Below are positions 1 through 9,014 of a stretch of 64,000 bases of DNA, piece by piece. The stretch is taken from NCBI GenBank assembly GCA_030647955.1, contig JAUSIQ010000003.1, forward strand, positions 2,111 to 66,110. Direction: 5' to 3'. A program made the position numbers and the translations under genes. This DNA is from a bacterium (GTDB lineage Bacteria > Patescibacteriota > Minisyncoccia > 2-02-FULL-40-12 > IGHO2-12-FULL-4). A model generated the notes under the pieces. The model ran no database searches. It was not told the origin of the DNA and saw only the letters and a list, made by a program, of their open reading frames with translations. The stretch's first letter is position 1. Each line of letters begins with the position of its first letter.

Positions 1-494
1 TGGCGATCCGTCAGCAAGAAAAAATAAAAGTTCGTCAGCCGCTCAGCAAGCTGGTGATTTGGAGTAAGGAAAAAATCAGAGAAGATTTTTTGAATTTATT
101 AAAGGACGAACTGAATGTAAAAGAGATTGTGGTTAGCGATAAAGAAGAGGCGAACTCCTTGGTTATTCAAGAGACGGATGGTCTCAAGGTGGGTTTAGAC
201 ACGCACGTCGATAGAGCTCTGCAATTTGAGGGCTGGGCTAGGGAATTGGTGCGACAGATTCAAGATATGCGCAAAGAGGCCAAGTATCACTTTAGTGAAA
301 AGGTGTTTGGGTTTTGGTCCACCGGCGATAAGGAGGTAGAAGAAGCCATTGGCCAATGGGCAGATTTTGTTAAACAAAATAGTTTGCTCAAAGAATTCAA
401 CGCGGATGCTAGTTATGCCGAAAAGACTTTCGATATTCAAAAAGAATTCGACCTCGCTCCGGGTAAAAAAGTTTGGCTAGGTATTAAGAAATAG
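1..494 (+). CDS. ileS: Isoleucyl-tRNA synthetase, C-terminal fragment (5' end outside window)
   Basis: The frame is open from nt 3. Translation ...AIRQQEKIKVRQPLSKLVIWSKEKIREDF... matches the conserved IleRS C-terminal region (IKVRQPL). Confidence 0.6.
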   Translation, partial: AIRQQEKIKVRQPLSKLVIWSKEKIREDFLNLLKDELNVKEIVVSDKEEANSLVIQETDGLKVGLDTHVDRALQFEGWARELVRQIQDMRKEAKYHFSEKVFGFWSTGDKEVEEAIGQWADFVKQNSLLKEFNADASYAEKTFDIQKEFDLAPGKKVWLGIKK

Positions 495-516
495 ATTGGG
501 GATGAAACTGGGCGTA

Positions 517-545
517 TTGTTAATCGCTGTAAAGCGGGCTATAAT
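517..545 (+). promoter_or_regulatory. Sigma70-like promoter TTGTTA-17-TATAAT upstream of the repeat element and recO
   Basis: TTGTTA (517-522), 17-nt spacer, TATAAT (540-545). Confidence 0.4.
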
Positions 546-563
546 AATAGTAATTTTGCGATT

Positions 564-707
564 GTTCGAGTTCAAGGCAAAAGATGAGTATTGAGCGAGA
601 CGTATATGAATACGGCGAGCTCAAACGGAATCTTTTAACGCAGAAATCGAACAAACCCGAAGGGCTTGAGTCGGTGGCCGTGCTTTAGCCGGCCTTTAAC
701 GACTCAA
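564..707 (+). repeat. Copy 1 of a duplicated conserved element: 70 nt identical to 45739-45808, then a 9-bp-stem hairpin; contains a 34-codon ORF (574-678) starting MSIERDVYEYGELKRNLLTQ
   Basis: Exact 70-nt match to the second copy. Hairpin CTTGAGTCG...CGACTCAAG at 662-707. Confidence 0.6.
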
Positions 708-723
708 GCACAAAATTATTACA

Positions 724-1263
724 ATGATTTCAAGAGGTATTGTTATTAAAAAGACGGATATCGGAGAGGATAATCAGCTCATTACCTTTTACACTCGAGA
801 CTTTGGAAAGTTGATGGGGGTGGCTAAAAGTGTCAAAAAACGAACCTCCAAGCAGGCCAGTCATTTGGAGCTTTTTAATTTGGTGGACTTTCTGTTAGTA
901 GGGGCCAAGGGACATCCCATTGTCGCCAGCGCCCAAAGCCTGGAAGCTTTTGTGGGTATTAAAGATTCTCTAGTGAAATCAGCAGCAGGATTCTTTTTGC
1001 TCGAGTCTTTTCATCGCTTAGTTTACGATAATGAAAAAGATGGGCGCTTGTGGAACTTTTTAGAGCAATCGCTTCGCGAGTTAAACACTGAAGAGCTGGA
1101 AGATAAAAAAGTAACAGAGTGGATGCTGAATTTAAAAAAAGAGCTTTTGAATATTTTGGGGTATGAACGCTATTGGGACCGAGCGGAAATTAATTATTTT
1201 TTAGAATCCCTAAGTCAGAAAAGATTTTTTTCTTTGGATTTTCTTAACTCCATGGCTATTTAA
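724..1263 (+). CDS. recO: DNA repair protein RecO
   Basis: N-terminal OB-fold signature (GIVIKKTDIGEDNQLITFYTRDFGK...); length typical of RecO. Confidence 0.6.
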   Translation: MISRGIVIKKTDIGEDNQLITFYTRDFGKLMGVAKSVKKRTSKQASHLELFNLVDFLLVGAKGHPIVASAQSLEAFVGIKDSLVKSAAGFFLLESFHRLVYDNEKDGRLWNFLEQSLRELNTEELEDKKVTEWMLNLKKELLNILGYERYWDRAEINYFLESLSQKRFFSLDFLNSMAI

Positions 1264-1266
1264 ATT

Positions 1267-3057
1267 ATGGAACCGTATCAATTTCAAGTGACACCCCTGG
1301 ATGAGCAACCCAATACTTTTCGCCAAAGGCAAGTGCGGCGGGTTATTTATGGACTAGCGGCTATTGCCGGCATTTTTATCGTGGCTGGCTCTATCTGGTT
1401 TTTTTGGGGACGTTCTCCGTCTTTCACGGAAAAAAATATCAGCCTTACGGTGGAAGCTGATGAGGAGATCCCTTCCGGGGAGAAGGTTAGTTATGTGGTG
1501 AAGTTTCGTAATGATAATCCGCAGGCTCTCAAAGATGTTCGTTTGGTTTTTTTCTATCCTACTGATTCGGTGGTGATTAAGGATGGAAAATCTGCGCCGT
1601 TTCTAACGGAAGAAGTGAAGATTGGCATGGTGGAGCCAGGTGGACAGGGTAGTCACGAATTTCCGGCTTATCTGGTGGGTGACCGAGGAGAGGTAAAAAA
1701 AGCAGTAGCGCGCTTGGTCTTTACTCCGGAGCAGGTCCGCTCCTCTTTTGAAAAGGAAGTGGCATTATCCACGACGATCAGCTCTCAAGATGTTTCCTTG
1801 ACCTTGGTGGCGCCACCCAATGCGGTTTCTGGTCAACCCATCTCTTATTTCCTCGACTATCGCAATGAGTCTTCCAAGGATCTGGCCGACTTAAAAATAC
1901 GATTCAAATATCCGGATGGCTTCACGCCAACCAAATTTGATCCTGCTCCGGTGTCCGGAAATAATCTGTGGGATTTGAAATTGGTTAAAGCGGGCGAGGG
2001 CAAAAGAATCGTGATCGATGGAATTTTACGCGGAGTAGAAAGAGAAAGTAAGCCCGTGGAAGTTGTTCTGCAAAGAATAGTAGACGGGATCGAGATTGAT
2101 TACCAGAAAGCAGATTCCATGACGATGATTTCTACTCCGCTTTTAGCTACGGAAGTAACGGTGAATGGTCAGTCTGGAAATTCCACCGCTCAATTGGGAG
2201 AGCTTTTGAGTTATCAAATTAAGTTTACGAATAATAGCGAGGTGGATATTTTAGGATTAACTATTATCGCTAAGCTGGAGGGGTCAATGTATGAGCTTGG
2301 TAATCTAAAAACTAACACCGGTTTTTTTGATGCCGGAGCAAAAACTGTTACTTGGAATGCCTCCTCTTCTCCACTTTTGAATAGGCTGGCTCCGCAACAA
2401 TACGGAGTAGTGGATTTTACTGTTAGTTTGAAAAGCACCTTTCCTTCTAGCGGCTTGGGAGCAAAAGATTTTGTAGTGAAGACTACCGTGAAAGCGGATA
2501 CACCTACCGTTCCTCCCGGATTTTTCTCTGACCGGCTCACCGCTCAAGCTGAAGCGACGACCAAGATTAAGTCTCTACCCGCTTTTGAGCAGACGGCCCA
2601 GTATCAAGCGGAAGGTTGGGAAGCGAGCGGACCCATTCCGCCAAAATCCGGGAGTAAAACGGTTTACACGATTGTTTGGCGCATGAGTAATACCTCTGGA
2701 GATGTTTTAAAAACTAGGATGAAGGGCGTACTGCCAACGGGAGTAAATTGGGAGAATAAAACGCGAGTAAGCGGGCAGCAACCCCTGCCTACCTATAAAT
2801 CTACTTCTCGGGAGGTGATTTGGGACATAGGGGTGTTGCCGGCCGGAACCGGTAGTACTACTCCGAAATACGAAGCTTGGTTTCAAGTTTCCGTTACCCC
2901 GACCATTAATCAAGCCGGAAGCTTTTTACAGTTTGTTAAAGACCTAACTCTGGAAGGAGAAGACGGGGTAACTAAACAAGCCTTTGTCTTAAAAGGAAGA
3001 GACGTGGGATCTAATGATTTAACCGACCGACCTAATCAGGGTACGGTCGTGCCTTAG
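1267..3057 (+). CDS. Membrane-anchored surface protein with repeated DUF11-like (conserved repeat) domains
   Basis: N-terminal TM helix; repeated beta-rich modules (e.g. LSYQIKFTNNSEVDILGLTIIAKLEG). Confidence 0.45.
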   Translation: MEPYQFQVTPLDEQPNTFRQRQVRRVIYGLAAIAGIFIVAGSIWFFWGRSPSFTEKNISLTVEADEEIPSGEKVSYVVKFRNDNPQALKDVRLVFFYPTDSVVIKDGKSAPFLTEEVKIGMVEPGGQGSHEFPAYLVGDRGEVKKAVARLVFTPEQVRSSFEKEVALSTTISSQDVSLTLVAPPNAVSGQPISYFLDYRNESSKDLADLKIRFKYPDGFTPTKFDPAPVSGNNLWDLKLVKAGEGKRIVIDGILRGVERESKPVEVVLQRIVDGIEIDYQKADSMTMISTPLLATEVTVNGQSGNSTAQLGELLSYQIKFTNNSEVDILGLTIIAKLEGSMYELGNLKTNTGFFDAGAKTVTWNASSSPLLNRLAPQQYGVVDFTVSLKSTFPSSGLGAKDFVVKTTVKADTPTVPPGFFSDRLTAQAEATTKIKSLPAFEQTAQYQAEGWEASGPIPPKSGSKTVYTIVWRMSNTSGDVLKTRMKGVLPTGVNWENKTRVSGQQPLPTYKSTSREVIWDIGVLPAGTGSTTPKYEAWFQVSVTPTINQAGSFLQFVKDLTLEGEDGVTKQAFVLKGRDVGSNDLTDRPNQGTVVP

Positions 3058-3103
3058 AATCTAGAAAAAAATCTCTTTTTGTTCTATAGTACTGATCATC
3101 TTT

Positions 3104-4450
3104 ATGACTACTAAAATCGAGAACAATTTATTAGACAAAGTCGTCTCTTTAGCCAAACGGCGTGGTTTTATATTTCCCGGCTCCGAAATTTACGGCGGAC
3201 TGGCGAATAGCTGGGATTTTGGTCACTTGGGTAATGAACTTTTTAATAACATCGCCAGCTTGTGGTGGAAGAAATTTGTACAAGAGAGAGACGATATGGT
3301 GGGACTGCGCGGACCAATCATTATGAGTCCCAAGGTCTGGGAAGCTTCCGGTCATGTGCAGGGCTTTTCGGATCCGTTAGTGGAGTGCAAGATTTGTCAT
3401 GAGCGATTTAGAGCGGACAAAGAGGAGGAGCTCAAAGCGCACGCTAAAACTCACAAAGGTAAAGAAGAATGGACCGAACCAAAGAATTTTAACTTACTTT
3501 TTAAAACCTATATCGGAACAGTTGAAGACGCCAAAGCCGTAGCTTACTTGCGTGGGGAGTTGGCGCAAACGATGTTCACTGACTTTAAGACGATCCTAGA
3601 AACCACGCGCAAAAAATTACCATTTGGGATTGCCCAAATCGGCAAGGCCTTTCGTAATGAAATTACGACTGGTAATTTCATTTTCCGCACCAAAGAATTT
3701 ACGATTGCCGAGCTGGAATATTTTATAAAACCTGGAGATGAGGATAGGTATTTTAACGAGTGGGCAGATTTTATGGAGAATTTTTTGGTGAAGGAGATCG
3801 GACTGAAGCAAGAAAATTTGCGCCGCTACGAACATCCTAAAGAAAGCTTGGCCCATTATTCCAAGGGGACGATTGATTTTGAATATAAGTTCCCATGGGG
3901 CTGGGGAGAGTTGTGGGGCTTGGCTTCTCGCACGGACTTTGATTTAAAAAATCACGAAAAAGCCTCCGGAGCGAATTTGAAATACAAAGACAGCGAAACC
4001 GGAGAAGAATTCTTGCCCTTTGTCGTGGAGCCGACCGGAGGATTAGAAAGGTTGTTGCTTGCCGCTTTATTAGACGCTTACACCGAAACCGAAGCGCGTT
4101 CAGGAGAAAAAGATGCGGTACATGAGACCGAGGTAACTTTACGCTTGGCGAAATCTTTGGCTCCGATTAAAGTGGCCGTGCTACCGCTCTCGCGCAAGGA
4201 AGAGTTAACCAAGCCAGCTTACGAAATCTACCGTAATCTACAGAAGCATTGGATGGTGCAATATGACGAAACCGCTTCGATTGGCAAACGCTATCGCCGT
4301 CAAGATGAAATTGGCACCCCTTACTCCGTGACTTTTGACTTTGATTCCGTCACTGATCAGAAAGTCACTGTCCGTGATCGTGACACGATGGAACAAGAGC
4401 GCGTAGTTATAGCCGATCTGCAAAATTATTTAGAGAAGAGGCTGAAATAA
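3104..4450 (+). CDS. glyQS: Glycyl-tRNA synthetase (alpha2 dimeric type)
   Basis: FIFPGSEIYGGLANSWDFGHLG is the hallmark GlyRS motif; class II core present. Confidence 0.85.
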   Translation: MTTKIENNLLDKVVSLAKRRGFIFPGSEIYGGLANSWDFGHLGNELFNNIASLWWKKFVQERDDMVGLRGPIIMSPKVWEASGHVQGFSDPLVECKICHERFRADKEEELKAHAKTHKGKEEWTEPKNFNLLFKTYIGTVEDAKAVAYLRGELAQTMFTDFKTILETTRKKLPFGIAQIGKAFRNEITTGNFIFRTKEFTIAELEYFIKPGDEDRYFNEWADFMENFLVKEIGLKQENLRRYEHPKESLAHYSKGTIDFEYKFPWGWGELWGLASRTDFDLKNHEKASGANLKYKDSETGEEFLPFVVEPTGGLERLLLAALLDAYTETEARSGEKDAVHETEVTLRLAKSLAPIKVAVLPLSRKEELTKPAYEIYRNLQKHWMVQYDETASIGKRYRRQDEIGTPYSVTFDFDSVTDQKVTVRDRDTMEQERVVIADLQNYLEKRLK

Positions 4451-4509
4451 ATCCCGCTAGAGACCAAGTTTCTAATGGGACGAACATTTTTTTCGGTAGA
4501 ATAAATTTG

Positions 4510-4534
4510 AAAAGCGGCCAGTAGCCGCTTTTAT
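4510..4534. terminator. Hairpin AGCGGCCAGTAGCCGCT followed by a T-run; shared terminator between glyQS (+) and the minus-strand ORF
   Basis: GC stem-loop plus T-run seen directly. Confidence 0.5.
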
Positions 4535-4554
4535 GCCGTAAACATTATACGGCT

Positions 4555-4917
4555 TTAAACTTTCTCATAGAACGCGACTCCCAATGCCATTCCTGGTTGA
4601 GTCGGTTTTAGTATTCTATAACCAAAGACCCGCTTATGAAAATTTTCCGTGTGCCTACCCATAAAAAGACAGTGGAAAAAATTTTGACCCTCGGCTTCTC
4701 CGATTAGCTTATGCTTTTTTAGTTCTTCATCGGAAAGTTTATAAATTCTCTTAATTCCCGAATCTTTATCTTTTTTTGCCACAACCTCAAATTCAAAAAA
4801 CTCTCTACCTTGATCATCGACAGCTAATGGTCCGGTTACGGAATCAGCTCCCAAGGCTTTAGCTAATTCCTTTCCACCAATCTTCGGATAAGCTTTCCAG
4901 CTATGTTTAATGGTCAT
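4555..4917 (-). CDS. Hypothetical protein (120 aa)
   Basis: Strong SD (GGAGGAGGAAG) upstream of the ATG; no recognisable motif. Confidence 0.45.
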   Translation of the reverse strand: MTIKHSWKAYPKIGGKELAKALGADSVTGPLAVDDQGREFFEFEVVAKKDKDSGIKRIYKLSDEELKKHKLIGEAEGQNFFHCLFMGRHTENFHKRVFGYRILKPTQPGMALGVAFYEKV

Positions 4918-5043
4918 AGCTTCCTCCTCCCCCTAAATTAATAGGTGTGTCTAGCTTTGTACACTTAAGCATGCAAATTATTTTATGTCAACGCTAGACC
5001 AGCGGGGGAGTTTTGTTATGGTAGGTAGAGAAAAATTACTGGA

Positions 5044-5844
5044 GTGGAGAGAAAAGTGAGCGAAAAGTTGTTCGTTAAAAATATTCGGATAGGTGGAATG
5101 GGGGGAGAGGCGCGGGTGATGGTCCAATCCCGCAATATTTTTCCCGGCTTGGGTGGAGATATCAAGAGTAAGCAGGCGGTGGCCTGCGCTCTGCGGGAAG
5201 AATTTTTTACTGATCCTGATGAGGGGCAGAGACTTTTTTTAAAGCATGTCTTAATTAAAAAACTGGACGACTATTTTCTGCGGATCGGTGCTTACAATTT
5301 TCCGCATGTGGCGCGTCCCTTAGGTTCAATGGTGGCCGAAGGTGAAGTACGAGAGTCTTATCTTTATGAATGGGTGTTTGGCCAAGAAGCTTTTCCGTGG
5401 GAGTGCCAGAATACTACGGGTGGGCATGACATGGTAACGCTGGAAGAGTGGAGTGAATTTTCTCGGCACTTCAGAGAGGCGGGGATTAATATGGAGATAG
5501 ACATTACCGATCCGGACAATGGGCGTATTTCCAAGAACGTCATTCATCAGCTGTGTCATCTCGATGATAATTTATGTTTAAGCGCTTTCTGGAAGCGGAT
5601 TGATTTTGGTGATAATTCGATTCAAATTGACTATCCTAAAGTAAAGCGTTTTTTGGATAAGAATATTAGAGATCTGATAGATGTTTTGGGTTTGGATCGT
5701 TTTCGCTTAATCTTTTTGGCGGAGGCCTATCTTGCCAATGAGATAAAGCTGACCGAAGAAGAGATGGACGAGCTGGTTAGTATGGCTAGAAAATACCGCT
5801 TATCAACACTAAGGCATAAGCTTTCGGAGCTAGTTATTCCATGA
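5044..5844 (+). CDS. Hypothetical protein (266 aa)
   Basis: Long ORF divergent from the 4555..4917 gene; no recognisable motif. Confidence 0.45.
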   Translation: MERKVSEKLFVKNIRIGGMGGEARVMVQSRNIFPGLGGDIKSKQAVACALREEFFTDPDEGQRLFLKHVLIKKLDDYFLRIGAYNFPHVARPLGSMVAEGEVRESYLYEWVFGQEAFPWECQNTTGGHDMVTLEEWSEFSRHFREAGINMEIDITDPDNGRISKNVIHQLCHLDDNLCLSAFWKRIDFGDNSIQIDYPKVKRFLDKNIRDLIDVLGLDRFRLIFLAEAYLANEIKLTEEEMDELVSMARKYRLSTLRHKLSELVIP

Positions 5845-5919
5845 AGTAAAAATGAGGCCCGCCCTAGCTTTGGCGGGTTTTTTGTTTTATTATGTAGAGG
5901 TCATATAAAACATCATCGC

Positions 5920-7200
5920 ATGCTAAAAGAATTCGATTTACACAAGTTCTCTAATGGACTTCGTCTGGTAACTATCCCCATGGAACATACCAAAACCGTG
6001 ACGGTCTTGGTGATGGTGGGAACCGGTTCGCGCTACGAAACTAAAGAGATTAATGGCATCTCCCATTTTTTGGAGCACATGATGTTTAAGGGAACAGAGA
6101 AGCGTCCGGGAGCTTTAGATATTTCCCACGAGCTAGATTCCATTGGAGCAGAGTATAACGCCTTTACCTCCAAAGAATACACCGGCTATTACGCTAAAGC
6201 GGGAGCGGAGCACTTTGGATTTGTCATGGATGTAATTTCGGATATCTTTCTTAATTCCAAATTGGATGGAGAAGAGATCGAAAAAGAGCGGGGAGTGGTT
6301 ATTCAAGAGATTAATATGAATTTCGATAATCCTATGCGGCACATCGGTGATGTGTACGAGGAATTAATGTATGGAGATCAACCGCTCGGTTGGGATATTG
6401 CCGGTCCGAAGGAAAATATTTTAAATATCAAAGCGGAAAAATTCCGAGAATATTTTAATTCTCATTACTTTGCCAAGAATACGGTAGTGGCCGTAGCTGG
6501 TAAGGTAGGCTTAGAAGAAGCGAAAGCGGCGGTAGAAAAATACTTCTCTAATATCAGAGAACGCCAAGAAGTATTTAAGCCTTTACCGGTGTTTATTAGA
6601 CAAGATAAACCCGGAGTTAAAATTATTCACAAGGCTACCGACCAAAGTCATATGTTGGTAGGAGTCAGAGGTTACGATGTTTTTCATCCCAAGAAAGAAG
6701 TTCTAAAAATCATGTCCGTTATTTTAGGCGGGGGAATGAGTTCGCGTCTTTTTACCGAAGTGCGTGAAAAAAGAGGGCTGGCTTATTATGTTGGCTCCAG
6801 CACTGACTCTTATTTAGACACCGGAGATTTCTCGACTTTTGCCGGAGTGGAAAATACCAAAATTCATTCCGCAGTTGAGGTAATTTTGGGCGAGTACGCT
6901 AAAATCAGAAACGAAAAAGTTTCCGACCAAGAACTGCAAAAAGCCAAAGACTATATCAAAGGAAAAATGGCGATCAGTTTTGAATCTTCCGACGACCTTG
7001 CCTCTTTTTACGCTGGCCAAGAATTAATGGAAGGAAAAATCGCTACTCCGGAAGAGAAATTTGAAAAGTTGAATCGAGTGACCGTTGAAGATGTCTATGC
7101 GGCGGCTAACGATATTTTCAAGCCCGAAAAGCTCAATATGGCGTTGATTGGGCCATTTAAGGAGGAAGACCCTTCTATTTACAATATAGTCAAATTGTGA
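5920..7200 (+). CDS. M16-family zinc peptidase (pitrilysin/insulinase-like)
   Basis: Inverted zinc motif HFLEHMMFKGT (HxxEH) near the N-terminus. Confidence 0.75.
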   Translation: MLKEFDLHKFSNGLRLVTIPMEHTKTVTVLVMVGTGSRYETKEINGISHFLEHMMFKGTEKRPGALDISHELDSIGAEYNAFTSKEYTGYYAKAGAEHFGFVMDVISDIFLNSKLDGEEIEKERGVVIQEINMNFDNPMRHIGDVYEELMYGDQPLGWDIAGPKENILNIKAEKFREYFNSHYFAKNTVVAVAGKVGLEEAKAAVEKYFSNIRERQEVFKPLPVFIRQDKPGVKIIHKATDQSHMLVGVRGYDVFHPKKEVLKIMSVILGGGMSSRLFTEVREKRGLAYYVGSSTDSYLDTGDFSTFAGVENTKIHSAVEVILGEYAKIRNEKVSDQELQKAKDYIKGKMAISFESSDDLASFYAGQELMEGKIATPEEKFEKLNRVTVEDVYAAANDIFKPEKLNMALIGPFKEEDPSIYNIVKL

Positions 7201-7237
7201 TATAATGTAGGGATAAGTTTTTAGCCCTCTACTTTAC

Positions 7238-8320
7238 ATGGATAAAAAAGGCTCAACCAGAATAGTTTATCATGATGTCTCGGTCTACACCGTCACTAAA
7301 ATAGTGTTGGTTTTGTTGTTTTTCGCTGCTTTGTATCTCTTGCGTGACATTATCTTTATCCTACTTTTTGCCATAATTATCGCCTCCGGAATTACCCCTT
7401 TTGCCAACTGGTTAGACCAGAAAAAATTCCCTCGTATTCTGGGAGTTTTAATTCTCTATCTCTCTCTTTTTGCTTTGGCTCTTTTCTTGCTTTCTTTGGT
7501 AGTGCCTTTTGTGACCGGAGAACTGAACCAGCTCATCAAAGATCTGCCGCGTTTTATCAATCAGGTTTCGAGCTCTCTGGAAAAAGCGCAGGAGAGTTCC
7601 AGTCGGTATGTGGATCTCTTTAGTGAGATCCAAAACCTACTAGACACTTCTGCTGGTTATTTGCAGGCCTCCTCGCAATCAGCCTTTAACTTTGTGATTA
7701 GTATCTTTGGTGGACTATTTTCTTTCTTTGCCGTTATCGTCTTATCCTTTTATCTCTCCGTGATGCGAGGAGGTATTGAAAGTTTCATCCGTTCAATTGT
7801 CCCCAAGGAATACGAAGCGGAAGTGCTCAATGTCTGGCGTCGTTCGGAGAAGAAAGTTGGCAAGTGGCTGCAGGGACAGTTACTTTTGGCTTTGGTAGTG
7901 GGCTTGACAGTGTACGTGACCCTCTCGATTATGGGTATTAAGTTTGCTCTATTGCTTGGTATTGTGGCGATGGTTTTGGAGTTAGTACCGAATGTTGGAC
8001 CAGTACTGGCGGCTATTCCGGCGGTGATCTTAGCTTTTACGCAATCAACGACTTTAGGGATTTGGGTGGTAGTGGCTTATGTGATTATTCAGCAGTTGGA
8101 AAACCATGTCCTAGTGCCGATTGTGATGGGTCGCGCGGTAGGGCTTAATCCGGTGGTGGTAATCTTGGCCTTATTGATCGGTTTCCACTTGGCTGGGATT
8201 GTTGGGATGATTTTATCGGTCCCAGTAGCGGCAATTATCGTCGAAATTCTAGATGAATTTTCTAAACATCGCTACCATGCGGGAACGGAAGTAGTAACGC
8301 CGGAGAGCAACAATGGCTAA
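7238..8320 (+). CDS. AI-2E family transporter (PerM/UPF0118) membrane protein
   Basis: Multi-TM protein with the conserved C-terminal region ...ELVPNVGPVLAAIPAV...QQLENHVLVPIVMG. Confidence 0.7.
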   Translation: MDKKGSTRIVYHDVSVYTVTKIVLVLLFFAALYLLRDIIFILLFAIIIASGITPFANWLDQKKFPRILGVLILYLSLFALALFLLSLVVPFVTGELNQLIKDLPRFINQVSSSLEKAQESSSRYVDLFSEIQNLLDTSAGYLQASSQSAFNFVISIFGGLFSFFAVIVLSFYLSVMRGGIESFIRSIVPKEYEAEVLNVWRRSEKKVGKWLQGQLLLALVVGLTVYVTLSIMGIKFALLLGIVAMVLELVPNVGPVLAAIPAVILAFTQSTTLGIWVVVAYVIIQQLENHVLVPIVMGRAVGLNPVVVILALLIGFHLAGIVGMILSVPVAAIIVEILDEFSKHRYHAGTEVVTPESNNG

Positions 8321-9014
8321 GCTTTTCATCATCGCGACACCTATTGGCAACCTCGAAGATTTGACCCTTCGAGGTTTGCGCATTTTAGGGGAAGTCGATG
8401 GAATTATTGCCGAGGATACACGCGTCACCCAAAAACTTCTCGAACATTACGGAATTAAAAAATCTCTTTATACCTTCCATCAGCACAGCTTGGAGAAAGA
8501 AACAGAAAAGATTGCGCGTCTTTTGGAAGAGGGAAAAAATCTGGCATTAGTAACCGATGCCGGGACGCCGGGGATCTCTGATCCGGGCGGAAAATTAATT
8601 GAAGATTTATTAAAAACTATGCCGGATCTGGAAATTATTCCGATCCCAGGACCGAATGCAGCGATTACCGCTTTAAGCGTAGCCGGTTTTCCGGCCGATC
8701 ATTTTCTGTTTTTGGGCTTCCCTCCGCACAAAAAAGGACGGCAAACTTTTTTTAGAGAAATGACTGAAGCTGAACCGACTATTGTCTTTTATGAATCGAC
8801 GCACCGTATCCTCAAAGCTTTGGAGCAGATGAGCGCTTTGGAAAATTTACGAGAACGTCCAATCGTTGTTTTGCGCGAATTAACTAAAAAGTTTGAAACA
8901 ATTTATCGTGGCACCGCCGCCGAGATTTTAGCGAAACTTCAGCAGGAAGGTCCGCGCGGAGAGTTTGTGGTTGTTATCGGACCAGTCAAAATTTTAAAAC
9001 AAAAAGCAGCTTAA
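8313..9014 (+). CDS. rsmI: 16S rRNA (cytidine1402-2'-O)-methyltransferase RsmI
   Basis: N-terminal FIIATPIGNLEDLTLRGLRIL...IAEDTR, typical of RsmI / tetrapyrrole-methylase fold. Confidence 0.8.
   Translation: MAKLFIIATPIGNLEDLTLRGLRILGEVDGIIAEDTRVTQKLLEHYGIKKSLYTFHQHSLEKETEKIARLLEEGKNLALVTDAGTPGISDPGGKLIEDLLKTMPDLEIIPIPGPNAAITALSVAGFPADHFLFLGFPPHKKGRQTFFREMTEAEPTIVFYESTHRILKALEQMSALENLRERPIVVLRELTKKFETIYRGTAAEILAKLQQEGPRGEFVVVIGPVKILKQKAA

Noticed and set aside
195-440. Most short antisense or overlapping ORFs in the six-frame track (e.g. 195..440 -, 2214..2540 -, 12618..13223 -, 32385..32943 -, 34086..35009 -, 52621..53004 -, 56018..56471 -, 63697..63981 -)
   Set aside because: They lie entirely inside well-supported genes on the other strand or in the GC-rich segment. 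They lack RBSs and recognisable motifs and are most likely chance ORFs.
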